Assembly: GCA_030704615.1 (NCBI GenBank)
Contig: CM060733.1
Coordinates: forward strand, 44,268,001-44,332,000
DNA: 64,000 nucleotides
Reading direction: 5' to 3'
From: Takakia lepidozioides
Lineage: Eukaryota > Plantae > Bryophyta
Shown here piece by piece: positions 50,361 through 63,800 of this stretch (positions within the stretch are counted from its first letter, which is position 1; each line of letters begins with the position of its first letter). The notes under the pieces were generated by a model, which was not told where the DNA came from, ran no database searches, and saw nothing but the letters and a program-made list of their open reading frames with translations. The position numbers and the translations under genes are program-made.

Positions 50361-52890
50361 TTGAGTGTCAACACGGAGGGGCCACTAGTTGTTGGGGACA
50401 GTGCCGGTTCGAGCACTAGCGATACTAGTGGGTACACGAGACGAGGTGTGCGGTTTAGGCCACCTTCATCTCCTGTGTCTTCTACGGAAGGTTCTGATTC
50501 GGATTGTGAATCAGGAGGACTCATACCGGCGGTGCAAGTTGTTTCTTTGCCATTATTGTGGGACACAATGGAGGAGATGTATGGAGCTACCAAGGGGCCA
50601 CGAAGGTACTCTGGGGCGGTGGGCACCATCGAGTTGGATGATTTTATCCAAGAGTTTGATAGTTGGTGTGATTTGCAGCAAATGCGCAATCCACAACTAT
50701 TTACGCCGTTCATGGCATGGAAAGGGCTGTTTTCAGCACCTTGAGGGGCCGCCTATGGATGATTACCATGAGTTCAGGCGGGGGCATGAGGTTGAGATCG
50801 AGGAGTGGAGGATGTACTGGTCACCCGACTATGTCTCCATCACTAGGGGCACTAGAGCCACGAGGGCAGTGGCTACACCTGCCGCTGCACCGGCAGCTTC
50901 AGCAAAAAGTAGAGGGATTAGTGGGACTGGTGGTACAGTAGCTACGACGTCCACCCAAGCCACTACCGCACCAGCACTAGTACCCGTGCCTGCCTTCAAC
51001 CCTGTTGTGGATTTCTTCGAAGAGTTGAGAGGGAACTACCAAGGGGTGAGGACAGAGAAGTTGCGGAGCTTGCAAGAGTTCCAACGGAAGCTGACCGAGA
51101 GCTTGAGGGAGGTTTTCACTCGCATGAGGCGCTTGATAAATGTAACCCAAGGGGTTACGGAAGCTCAGGCAGTCCAATTCTGGTATGGGATATTGGACAA
51201 GGAGCTGAGGAGAAGGGTGCGGGATGCAACTCTCCTACAAACAGCCCAACCCACCTTAGCAAATGTGTTTTTGCTGGCAGAGCGGATAGAGCTCAACATG
51301 GTGGAGGAACGAGTGGTCATGGTGGGATTTGCTAAGGAGACACCACGGGGTAGTGGTGCTCCTAGCCAACCACTACCTCAATGTGCTCAAGGCAACAAGG
51401 GGGCTTGGGTGAAGCTCAGGGAAGGGCAGAGAGGACCTCAGATGCAGGGGTCTCTCCCTTCATTTGCTGGCCAACAATGGGCGGATGTGGTGTGTTGGAC
51501 ATGTGGAGGACCCCATGTCAAGAAGGATTGCCCAGAGGGAGGCAAAGGGCCGGCACACGCATAGCCTGCACAGTTGCAGTGTGGGCATTGTGGCAAGCAC
51601 GGGCATGGAGAGGCCCAGTGTTATGGTTTGCATCCCGAGTTGCGCCCAGGCCAGTTCCAAGGGAACAATGGTGGCCGGGGGCGAGGTGGAGCAGCCCAGG
51701 GAGGACGAGGTGGCCAGCCACGAGGTGCAGGCCAAGGGCAAGCTCAACATGGCCAAGGACGCGGAGGTCAGGGGGTTGACCAAGGCATGGCCAACCAGCT
51801 TCAGCAGCTAGAGCAGAGGCTCGCTGCCATGGCTACAGCTCAGGTGGTACCGGCTCTAAGGCCGGATGGTCCACCTCCTGCTCCTGAGGGAGGAGATATG
51901 GGAGGCATGGGATTCATGTGTGGAGCAGCACTACCAGTAGTGTAGGTGGATTCTGCTGCAGCCGTGACTCGAGGAGCAGCACGAGTTCCTGAGCCACGAG
52001 GTGCAGAGGTGGAGTTGGATCCACAGCGTGGGGAGGCAAGCCATCAGGCTAGGCTTCCTCAGTCATTCACATTGGCGGAGACAGTGTCGACGCCATCCAT
52101 GGCACCTAGTTCTTGCCCGACTATTACCGAGGCGGAGGTTACTATGCCATTGGGAAGAGCTATACGGGTAGCACCACTACCTAGTGTTGCCAAGGCTACG
52201 GCAGCTAGTGTGCTGCTAGGAGCGGCCACATCTGTGTGCCAGGCTCCATTGTTCTCGGCTACCATGATTGCGACGCCGGGGGTAAGACCAGCTGAGGTGT
52301 TCAGGCTGGCAGCTACATTTTGTGAGAGTGGGGATGTTACTTCATCTTCTGCGGAGATAGTGGGAGGTGTAGTGCCGGAGGGATCCTCGGATTTGAGGGT
52401 CAAGACTGCCACGGCGGCGCCATGGCAAGCTGCAGCTGCTAGGTTGATGGAGCTGCCAGCTAGGCCAGCCATTGAGTGCGCCATGGTGACACCTGGAGTT
52501 GTCGTGTTAGACAACCAGGATGGCATTTTCTGTTTGAGTGGACCGGCAGGCAAGAGGTACCGGCCACTGCGGGTCTTGTTGGACTCGGGAGCTCAGCCAT
52601 TGATGCTGGGCAGAGCTGCTATTGCAGGCTTGGGCCTCACGGAGGCGGATATGGAGCCTTGTCCTTTCCAGATACAGACGTCTCTAGGAGGATCGGAGCA
52701 GGCTCGGGGCATGACACGGCGTGAGTTGGCTATCAGACTACGGCCGGATCACCCTACAGATGGCTCAGTGATGCGAGCCAAGGCCATTGTGACAGACGCG
52801 GTCTCATACGATGTCCTGGTTGGTGGGGCAGTGTTGTACCCATGGGCTTCACCTGGATTTTTGGGAGGAGTCAGCTTCCTATAGGCCTGC
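50361..52890 (+). pseudogene. gag and protease, copy 2
   Basis: CWTCGGPHVKKDC, CGHCGKHGHGEAQC, VLLDSGA; collinear with copy 1. Confidence 0.88.
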
Positions 52891-53289
52891 ATGGCAGTCA
52901 GGGGAGGGCCGGCATGTGCAGCTCCCTGTGACATTCATAGGAGGAGTTGCGGTTGCCCAGTGAGGCAAGATGCCGACACTAGCAGCATTCACAGCGGCAG
53001 TGAGTTGGCCTAGAGAGTTTGCTTGAGGGCAACGCTCATTCAGAGGATGTGCCACCTCCGGGAGAGCAGGATGACATGTATGGTATGGCGGAGTTGCCTA
53101 CCATGGTTGCTCAGACTCCATTGTGGGGCACGAGCAAGGATTTGCAGCGGGATGCTGATCGACGGGTGCAACAAGCCTGGGTGAAGGCTTTTGTACCGTC
53201 AGGAGAGGAGGAGAGTACGGGGATTGCACCAGGACCACCTCAGTTGTCTCCATTGGACACCACACCTATTGTGTGGCAGTATTCGGATG

Positions 53290-54115
53290 AAGGCATTTGT
53301 CTTGTGGACTTGTTTGGCAGGGAGGTTACAGCACCGGATTGGCTGCTGCTGTTACAGGCAGGTACCCTGAGTTGTTGTTGGTGTCTGAATTCGTGGATAT
53401 CAGCAGGCCTTGCCAGCAGACATTTCGTTGCTGGGGGCGCAGGATTTGGAGCGGGTTGGCTCCATTGATCTGGTAGTGGCAGGTTGGCCCTGCCAAGGGC
53501 ATTCATCAGCCAGGCATGGCAATGGATTGCGAGACTTGAGGTCGGGTCTGTTTGGGAGATGGTGCGGGTTTTGCGCCACTTGCAGCTTCATCAAGCTGTA
53601 TCTCCAGCATACATCTTGGAGAATGTGCCACTGATGGGCGATTCTCGGGCCAGGGTGATGGCCAGTGTGCATCAAGTCCGGTCTGGCTTGGGTCAGCAAT
53701 GTTGCTAGATGCAGCTACAGTGGGGTCACGGGCTCATCGTCCACGGCTATGGTGGACTAACTTGATGCCACCCGCACTGCTCAAGCGTGCATTTGATGGG
53801 GTGCACCGGCTAGCACATCTCACAGTGGATAACATTCTGGACACAGGGAGGCAGTCTCAGCGTGTGAGACACGATGACCGTTCGCCTTTGGCAGTGGTCA
53901 GCAAGGTGGGTCAACCACGAGCAGCATTACCTACACTGCTCAGCTTCCCAGGATCGCATGCTTTCCGGGATAGTGGACCTGGCCTCCTGTGGGATGCTCA
54001 GTTGGCCTAATGCTGACGAGCGTGAGTGGGCAATGGGTTTTACCACTGGTACCACGGCGGTGTCGTCTCTTTCTAAGGCATCATGTCGTCAAGTGTTGGG
54101 GCAAGCAATGGATCT
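53290..54115 (+). pseudogene. DNMT3-like methyltransferase domain, copy 2
   Basis: ICLVDLF, DLVVAGWPCQG, YILENVP, AHRPRLWWTN, EREWAMGF, QVLGQAMD; deletion after motif I. Confidence 0.88.
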
Positions 54116-54442
54116 CAATTGCTTGACCTGGATTATCAGCTTGGCTCTGGCTGAGCAATGTAGAGTGCGGAGTACACTTCCCTTGATGGTCTCTCTGCCT
54201 ACCGAGACGGTACAGGCAGTGAGTGGGGCGAGCATGTGAGGACCACGGGGTGCATGCATCCATGGCACACGTGGGAGGTGCTCGAGGTTCAGAGGGAGTT
54301 GGCAACCAAGGCGGTTGTGATGGATGAGGTTGGGGATTCTTCCCGGGTTGAGGAGGTCCTCAAGGATGAGATGATGGGGCAGGATGAGGCCTTGTCATTG
54401 ACTGAGCAGGCAGGGAGTACTGCTCAAGAGGTTGCAACATAG

Positions 54443-56540
54443 CAACCATTGGACGCGTCCTCTACCTCTAAGCCCACTGGACTTAAGGTTGCAGTTACGG
54501 AGGACAATTGGGAGCCTGACATTGGACCCATTGTCATCGGAGGAGAGAGACGACGTATACGGCGGTTCCTGAGGGCTTACATGAATTGCTTTGCCTTCAG
54601 TTTGAAGGACTTGGGAGCACTGAAGGGTCAAGAGATCCGTATTGAGTTGGCCACTGACACGCCAATCTTTCGGAGACCCTATAGATACAGTGACATGGAG
54701 AGGTCTTTGATTCAGATGAGGACTCAAGATCTCTGGGAGGCAGGTTTGGTGGAGCTCTCTGGTGGAGAGTAGGCTTCAGCCACAGTGATGCCAGCCAAGA
54801 AAGATGTCTATGGCAATTGGACGGAGAGACGTATGTGCGGAGATTACCGGCTTGTAAATCGTCAGACCAAGTCCGATAAGTATGCCATGCCAACACCAGA
54901 GGAGATCTTTGATGCCATTGGGCATGCTAAGGCCTTAGACTTTGGATTTACGATCCGGATATCACCAGTTGCCAATCAAGGAGGCGGACAAGCAGAAGAC
55001 AGCATTCTGGGGGATCAATGAGCACGACAATGATTGCCTATACCAATGGCGATTCTTACCATGTGGGCTTAAGAATGCTCCTATAGAGTTTCAGAGAGTC
55101 ATGGATAGGATTCTAGCAGGGGTGGACTTTGCTCGGTGCCACATAGATGACATCATCATCTTTAGTGTTACGATGGAGGAGCATGAGAGACACCTTCAGG
55201 TGGTATTGGAGCGCTTGAGAGCGCACGGATTGAAGTTGCATCAGGGAAGTGCAAGTTTTTCCACAACCAGATTGAGTATCTGGGTCACATGATATATCCT
55301 GGAGGATTGGGGGTACAACAGACTAAGGTAGAGGCCATTGCACAAATTCCACTCCCCACGGATGTGAGCCGAGTTTGAGCTTTCATGGGGTTGGCAAACT
55401 ATTATAGACGGTTTAGTGTGTGACAGGGTGCGTGCTTCATTCAACGCCCCTACACCATAGTTGCATCATTTACCAATCATGGGATTGGGCTACAGGTGGA
55501 GTCTTGACTTCGCAGGACCGTTGCCACTGACTATGCGCCACCACATATATGTGTTGGTGATGGTGGAGCACTTCTCCAAGTGGATTGAGTTGGTTCCATT
55601 GCTTGACAAGGCTAGTGAGGGGGTTGCGTATGCATTCTTGGATCTTGTGCTTAGCCGATTTGGTGCTCCAGCTGAGGTACTCACGGATCAAGGGAGAGAG
55701 TTCTTGGGGGAGTTTCAGGCTTTGTGTGATAAAGCCTTGATAGACCACCGCACCACCTCTCGGGATCATCCTGAGGCCGATGGCTTGGCAAAGAGAGTTG
55801 TTCAGACAGTGAAGAGGGGTTTGCGCAAGTATGGCTTGCAGAAGGGACACCTAGGAGATTGAGATTTTTCAGGTTTCTTGGTTAGCCATGGGCTACAGGT
55901 TCAGCAAACAAGCATCACTTGCCTCATTCTCACCATATTTCCTTCTCTTGGCCGAGAGCCGGATTTGCCTGCAGCCATTCGTAGGGACACTGCTCAAGTC
56001 CTTAACCTTGACAATCCGGACGTGTGGGTACGTGCATGTGATCAGCGTGCAGAATTATTCAAGAAAGTCATGCCCATGGCTTTTGATAACCTTGCCATTG
56101 CACAGCACCGTGATACGTTGAGGTATGCCACTATACGTGGTGGAGGATATCGTCTGGGTTTCAGAGGTTTAGCCCTGGTGACTATGTTTATTTGCAGCAG
56201 GCTCCTACGACTCTGGATGTTACGCAGGGTTGTTATTCTGAGGGTTCGAGAGGTGTTGCCCTCAGGGGTCCTGATCTTGGAGGGTCGGGGAGAATGACTT
56301 GGAAGGACCATGTGCGTAATTGTGCGCCCATGTCACCTTCCCAATGTCGATGGCAAAGTTGACCCAAACTTGGCAGTGGTACCTGCAGGTTTGAGGTGCA
56401 TGTTCTGTGGGTCTGCCAAAGGGGCAGCCACCATGCTGGTGTGTGATCGATGCTCAAGGGGGTTGGCATATGGGATGTTTGACACCACTTCTTGAGAAGG
56501 TTTCTGACGGAGATTGGTTGTGTCCACACTGCTTGGGATA
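54443..56540 (+). pseudogene. RT joined across a ~1-kb deletion to integrase core and PHD, copy 2
   Basis: RT motifs to ~55414, where copy-1 sequence 25443-26468 (RNase H and integrase N-terminus) is missing; then WSLDFAG, TDQGREF and PHD CMFC...CDRC...WLCPHC. Confidence 0.9.
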
Positions 56541-56809
56541 GTGGCAGTGGACATGACTGGAGGCAAGTAACAAGACATGGGAGGCCAAGCTCATAGGAGT
56601 CAATACATGAGATCCCAAGCTCAAGTTTCCAGGTTGCAAGACGGCGACTAACGATGGGGCAACTCTTGCACCCGGCCTCTTGGCCTCTTGATCTATCGAG
56701 TTTGAGTGTAGTAGGGATAGTGGTGGAAGACTTAGTGAGGCTATGGTCACTATCACATCTTGTGGCTACCTGGACTTAGAGGGACCTAAGCACCAGCTAG
56801 GGGGGCAAT

Positions 56810-57492
56810 TGTATGGACTAGTGACTGCCATAGTGGGCAGCATAGTGGCAGCCTAGTGACTGACTAGTTGTAGCCTAGTGGTTGGACTAGTGGCTGGACT
56901 AGTGGTGGACTAGTGGTATACTAGTGTGTGGTGTGCACATGTGTTGTGTGGTTTTGGACAACGATGTAGTTGTGTAGCAATATGTATGCGCACGACAGCT
57001 GTCAAGTTATTTTACCACTAGTATGAAATTAGCTAGGAAATAGCTAGCTTTTACATATTGACATTTGGGATTGGCCCAAGTGTCAATCCAGGGGTCAAGG
57101 CAGATTTAGGCCCTGGAGTGGTTATCTTCACGGCAAGCGCGGGAGGCTCATCTTTCTCGAGTTGAGCCTCACCGCGCCTAGCTATGGCGCCGTAGTGTGG
57201 ATTCCCCATGGCGTGGGGTGCACTTGGCTTGACTTGTATTTGAGTGATGAGGTTATATATGCATGAGTTTATGCTTCAGCTTTGTGAGCTCGCATGAGCT
57301 TGTGCTTGTATTCTTCTTCGTTATCATTGTATGGACTAGTGACTGCCATAGTGGGCAGCATAGTGGCAGCCTAATGACTGACTAGTTGTAGCCTAGTGGT
57401 TGGACTAGTGGTATACTAGTGTGTGGTGTGCACATGTGTTGTGTGGTTTTGGACAGCGATGTAGTTGTGTAGCGATATGTATGCGCACGACA
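56810..57492 (+). repeat. 3' terminal block B1-gc-A2-t-B2 of copy 2
   Basis: B1 188 bp and B2 165 bp (23-bp difference in a ggactagtgg array) flank A2. Confidence 0.93.
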
Positions 57493-58639
57493 TCATAGAT
57501 ATGGCCCCGCGGGAGCCAAGTCTTTCGTCACTCGTTTTGTAAGTCATATGTACTCATCTAAGATTTCAAAATTCATCTTTCTCTTGCGTCTTTCTTTTTT
57601 TTTTTTTTTTTTTTTTTTTCTCTCACTCTGTTTGAGATACTCACTCATGGCAATCTGTATGTCATGTGTAGGTAAAACGCTTTGGGAGGAAGCCCTCGAA
57701 GATAGAGTGGGGGTACACCAAAGACCATGGTTGGGGTAGGCTCCTGGTTGCCATGACAACTGGTGAGTTGTCAACCAAGGAGGATGCGATGGACGATGGG
57801 GAATCACAGGTTGACACTACGGTAGTTGATCAGCAGGCCCCCACCTCGGGCTCCTCATCGGAGGAGTCGGACGGTGATTCCATTTCCGACTCCGGGGATA
57901 AGCAAGTTCATGCGGCGCGGCGGCCTGATACTAGTAGTAGTGAGTTGGAGACCGATGAGAGTGAGTGATGAGAGGTTTTCCTTAGCATTCCTCACATATG
58001 TACAAAAACTTTTGTATATTCGTTGTCCATTTCCAATACCAACAACCCTTGGGTGCATTTGTGTGCCTGTCCTTTGAACTAGAAAGGCCTGTGAATTATG
58101 GCTATTTTCCATTGAGCAATAGGCCATGGCTCATGGAAATATGGCTTAGGAGGAGGAGATGGTGCGATTTGCAACCACTTTCTTTAAAGGGTTTTGTCTA
58201 GACTAGTCGATGGATAGAGCCCAAAATTGGGAAGAGCATCCGGAGCAAATGCCTGATCTCTAAGAGTCAGCCACATTTAAAGGGTTTATTACTAGATGAA
58301 TTTACTCATGTCAATTCAATTTGGAAATGGAGAGAAATGGATCTCAAAGCTCCAAGGAAAATTGCTAAATCACTGTGATCATGACTGTGCTCGACATTTC
58401 TTGATCGATTGAGACACACTTGCAGCTCTCGTCAGCAACCCGTCAACAGCCGTCATCCTATCATCGTCGCTATTTTCCGCCATAGCATCAGGGACAGAGG
58501 GTAGGAACATGGATAAGTACGTCTGTGACAACGTATCAACGTGCCTAGGTATGAACAGAAGTAGTGTAGATAAGTAGCGTCAAATTGTTTTGGTTGAAAC
58601 CCTAATCCGTGATGGTAACGCTACCCACGGTGATCCAAT

Positions 58640-59700
58640 CCACATGTGTGAATGTACCTTAAGTCAATATCGAAGTTTAATGCTCAGTATAAAAGATATG
58701 ACTCAATTAGTCAGATTAGTCATATTTGTGTATGGATTAAAACCCGCCATAAAAATAGAAGTAGAAAAACAAAAGCCTACCTCATTATACGAGGCCATCA
58801 GACTGGCTGATAGATTGGAAGGTTTTGAACAATATCCTACACGACTTCAAAGAAATTAACGGTACGAGAAATTATTCTCCTCCTTCAGAGCGTCTTGGGG
58901 GAGAAGCGGAATAATATGTAGCTGCACAGATGCTCACTCTTGCACTTGGCCGGATGCAATTCCACCCTTGTGGCAACATCAGCAAGCCCCCTTCAGCCTC
59001 CCCTGAGTTTGGTATTAGATCAGATATCAATTGGAAGCACATTAGGACAGTGTCTAAATCCAAGCTTCTCCTCCATATATAGACCTGGTTCACACTTTTA
59101 AGTTAATGCCTCTCCGGCCTCTCCGGCCTCTCCGGCCTTCTACTTTGCCGCGCTAGGCCTCCATGTTCTAGGGTTCTTCGGTCCTTAACGGGTCAGTCCT
59201 TGTCTCTCGGTCAGGCTCCTGACTCCTGACCTACACTGTTCATTACCTGCCTTCGTGTATTGTCGAGGGTCCATTGTCTCTTGTTTACTGCTCACTGGTA
59301 AGTATCTCCTACACCACCTCCGTGTGTTAAGGCCTCATGAGAGCCTCCGGGCTTGTAAGGGATTAATTTTTTCCCTTCAATAACTCATTAATAAAATTCT
59401 CAGGGCCACTCTCCCTGCCAGTTATATATATATATATATATATAAAGGAATAACTTTAAAAGAAACGGAGAATCCCCCCAATAAGACGGCTTTGGTAATT
59501 GAGAAAACCACACCCAAGGAAGAGTTCAAGGGGAAAAACCACTATTGGCTCACACAAGAATGGGAAAAGAGGTCCCAAGTGTTTCGCTTGTGGCAAATAT
59601 GGCATTTGAGTTATGACTGCCTAAACCCAACACGCGAGAGGAAATTTAATAATGTAGAGCAAGAGAAGAAAGATGGGTATGAGGAACTTCTCTAGAACTA
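58640..59700 (+). pseudogene. Decayed retrotransposon gag fragments interrupted by unrelated sequence and (TA)n
   Basis: IFVYGLKPAIKIEVEKQKPTSLYEAIRLADRLE; frameshifted knuckle PKCFACGKY.HLSYDC near 59575-59620. Confidence 0.6.
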
Positions 59701-60813
59701 CAAAATAACATTACAATGTCATGCCATAGTGAGGCATGACATTGTGTTAGGAACGCAACGGCTTCATTATCATGAAGTATCCATTAACTGTAAGGATCAT
59801 AGTATAACAATATGGGAGGTGGCGAAATAACAAAGTCATGTATTAAAAACATTGCCTAGTGCAGATAAACATGGTATGCTGCTTTCAGCCATGCAATTGA
59901 AGTGGGATGATCTGGCTGAACAGGCTCATGAAAGATGAGGGATCATGACGGATCATGGGTTGTATGAACATCATGTATCATGAAGCAATGAGAGAAGTAG
60001 ACAACAGTACATTTGTACACATGGTCTTTGTGTAGTCATTGCATGGCGGGAACACTGTAAGTTCTGAGCAAGGTTCAGAAGTTCAGACAGATCTCAGAGT
60101 ACTGAATATGTAGAAAAAGCTCAGAAATGACTGCGTTGAGGGTGCCGACAGATCGATTTCGAACATGATCGAAATCAACTACCAAGGTGTAATGAACGCA
60201 GCAAGGGCGAACTGTGAATCGTCACTGTGGGCAGAGATTGGTAGAATACAGAGTCGTGAGGACTGCCTGCCGTGAAATCTAGGGAACCGTTGATCAGATT
60301 AACAACGTTGAACATGGTGTAGCTCAGTGAGGGATGGCAAAGGGCACATGCTTGGAAGCATGGCCTACACGGGATTGTATCTCGCGCAATCATGCACAAA
60401 TGAACAGGGAGTCACTTAGGGGATGAAGCATGTGTTAAAGTGAAAGTCGGGTGTGGTCGCCCCCGTCATTTTCTCTTCCGCTCCAGTGCCATGATGGGGT
60501 TGCATTGGACTGACGGGGTGAGTGACACAGTTTAGTTCTCGTGGTGGGAAGAGTAGAGCCCCCCAATTTTACCTTATAAGACCAACGTTGAGAACTCTGG
60601 GGATTCTCAATTCATCACTAGTCCAAAACACTAGGGTAAGTTGGCCCATGACTGAACAGGCGTCTATGACCAATCCTCTAGGACTCAACAGTACAGAAAT
60701 GCACTCAACAGTACATCATGGTCAATACTCTCAGGAAATGGTGGATGGTCTGACTAGCTACACAGATCAACAAATGAAGTAAGACACTCGCATCTTTCCA
60801 GGAAAACATCCTT

Positions 60814-63800
60814 TTACCAGTAATCCCCACAAGAACAAATCCCATCTTCAAAGTGGTGAAAGCGGTTAGCGTCCCGTACAACAATTGCTCGGCCAACAAT
60901 CTTTGAGATGAATTTGGTGGAGGTGTGGCAGTCACCACACACTCGAAGATTCTTGATGAGACGGAGAGGCGTCCTAGGGGTCGTGCTGATCAGCCCAAAA
61001 CCAATGGCCAGCTTCTCACTGTGGTGGCAAAGAGAAAATTCCTTTTCCTCCTCCCCCACATCATGCAGTACAAAGCGCGTGTCAGGCACATACCCCGCCT
61101 CCTTCATCTGCCCAGACAATCTTCTGAGCTCAGCATGGATTTCCTTAATTCTGGGATGCAACTTGTCATCTACAACGAAGGTGTGCACCCTGTTGCCAAC
61201 CTCAATGCAGCAGCGACCTGGCTCCTTTCTAACCCCTCTGACCTTCATCATTCTTCTCACCTTTGCAGTATCGTCCCACCTGCCAGCTGCAGCATAGATG
61301 TTTGATAGCAACACATAAGTAGCGGCATCCTGTTCATCCCACTTGAGGATAAATGTTGCCACACGTTCAGCCATCTCCACATTGCCATGGATTCTGCAGG
61401 CACCAAGCAAGGCCTTCCACACCACAACATCTCGATTAATTGGCATTTTATTAATCAGGTCCACTGCCTCATCCAGTTGTCCCGCACGTCCAAGAAGGTC
61501 CACCATGCAGCCAAAGTGCTTTACTGTCGGAGTGACACCATGATCTTGACTCAGGGAATTGAAGTAGCGTCTTCCTTCATTCAGTAGGCCACTGTGGCTG
61601 CATGCAGAGAGAACACATATAAAGGTGATACTGTCCGGCTTCAAGCCATTCTTTTGCATTCCTTCAAATAGCTGCAGGACCTCCCTATGACAACCATGCT
61701 GTGCATATCCTGCGAGCATCGCGTTCCACGACACCACATCTCGTTCAGCCATATTGTCGAACACTCCCTTTGCATCCTCGATGCTCCCACATTTGGCATA
61801 CATGTCCACCAGGGCAGTGTTCAGAATGACATCGGGTACAATTCCAGCTTTGATCATGTCGCCATGCACCTCTTTGCCCTTTTCCAGGGCTGCCAGGCTT
61901 GCACAAGCATTGCAAACGCACACAAATGTGACGTGGTTACACTTCACCCCTTCCCCCATCATTTGCTCATAGGTCTCCAAAGCCTCCATCCCGCACCCCT
62001 GCTGTGCATATCCTGCAAGCATGGCGTTCCATGACACCAAATCTCGTTCAGCCATATTGTTGAACACTCCTTTCGCATCCTCAATGCTCCCACATTTTGC
62101 ATACATGTTCACCAGGGCAGTGTTCAGAATGACATCGGGTACAATTCCAGATTTGACGATGTCACCATGGACCTCTTTGCCCTTTTCCAGGGCGGCCAGG
62201 CTTGCACACGCATTGCAAATGCAAACAAATGTTATGTGGTTGGGCTTCACCCCTTCACACATCATTTGCTCGTAGGTCTCCAAAGCCTCCATCCCGTGCC
62301 CTTGCTGTGCATATCCTGCAATCATCACACTCCACGACGCCACATCTCGTTCAGCCATACTGTCGAACACTCCCTTCGCATCCTCAATGCACCCACATTT
62401 CGCATACATGTCCACCAGGGCAGTGTTCAGAATGACATTGGGTACAATTCCAGATTTGACGAGGTCACCATGGACCACTTTGCCCTTTTCCAGGGCTGCC
62501 AGGCTTGCACACGCATTGCAAACACACACAAACGTTATGTGGTTGGGCTTCACCCCTTCCCCCATCATTTGATCATAGGTCTCCAAAGCCTCCATACCAC
62601 ATCCCTGCTGTGCAAACCCTGCAAGCATCGCGTTCCATGACGCCACATCTCGTTCAGCCATACTGTCGAACACTCCCTTTGCATCCTCAATGCACCCACA
62701 TTTCGCATACATGTCCACCAGGGCAGTGTTCAGAATGACATCGGGTACAATTCCAGATTTGAAGAGGTCACCATGGACCACTTTGCCCTTTTCCAGGGCT
62801 GCCAGGCTCGCACACGCATTGCAAACGCACACAAACGTTATGTGGTTGGGCTTCACCCCTTCCCCCATCATTTGATCATAGGTCTCCAAAGCCTCCATAC
62901 CACATCCCTGCTGTGCAAACCCTGCAAGCATTGCGTTCCATGACACCACATCTCGTTCAGCTATAGTGTTGAAAACTCCCTTCGCATCCTTAATGCACCC
63001 ACATTTGGCATACATGTCCACCAGGGCAGTGTTCAGAACGACATCTGGTACAATTCCAGCTTTGACGATGTCACCATGGACCTCTTTCCCCTTTTCCAGA
63101 GCTCCCAGGCTTGCACACGCATTGCAAACACAAACAAATGTGATGTGGTTGGGCTTCACCCCTTCGCGCAGCATTTGCTCATAGGTCTCCAAAGCATTCC
63201 CACCACACCCATGCTTGGTAAATCCTGCCAACATTATATTCCACGTGATCAAAGATCGTTGAGGCATTCTGTTGAACACTTGGTGAGCGTCCATGATGCT
63301 CCCGCACTTAACATACATGTTGACAAGGGTGTTGAGTAGAAAAACATCTGGCGGGAATCCACTTTGGATAATATGAGTGTGCACCTGCTTTCCAGCTTCC
63401 AGACCCTTCATCTTGATGCACTTACGCAAGAGACAGACATACGTATCTGAATCTGCTGAAGTGCCTCCTTGGTTTAAAGTCTGTAGAGCCTCTGTCAGTC
63501 TGCCTGCCTCACAAAGCATCTTCACATCCCCAGAAGTGCCAGAAGAGGCATTGTGGACTCCCTCTCTTGATCCTCTTTCAGAAGCTGTGGTCATGGTTGA
63601 GGTGCCTGATTTTATCAACTGTGCCGCTGAAGCTGCTGCCTTTAGTTGACCATCTACCCATGCAGGTTTCTTGTAGCTATCGATCCACAGGGAAGCATAG
63701 GTAATCTTGTGCTTGAAATCTGGCCCTCTTGGATGAACCTGCACCCACACTCTATCCCTGCTCCTTCAGCTGTCCATGCCTCTGCAAAAATCATGCATTC

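Larger units (their letters stand above)
47347..57492 (+). mobile_element. Ty3/gypsy retrotransposon copy 2 (DNMT3-like, PHD, split repeats), internally deleted
   Basis: A1 47347-47673, B1 56810-56997, A2 57000-57326, B2 57328-57492. Exact TSD TCAT at 47343-47346 and 57493-57496. Purine tract at 56799. Confidence 0.93.
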
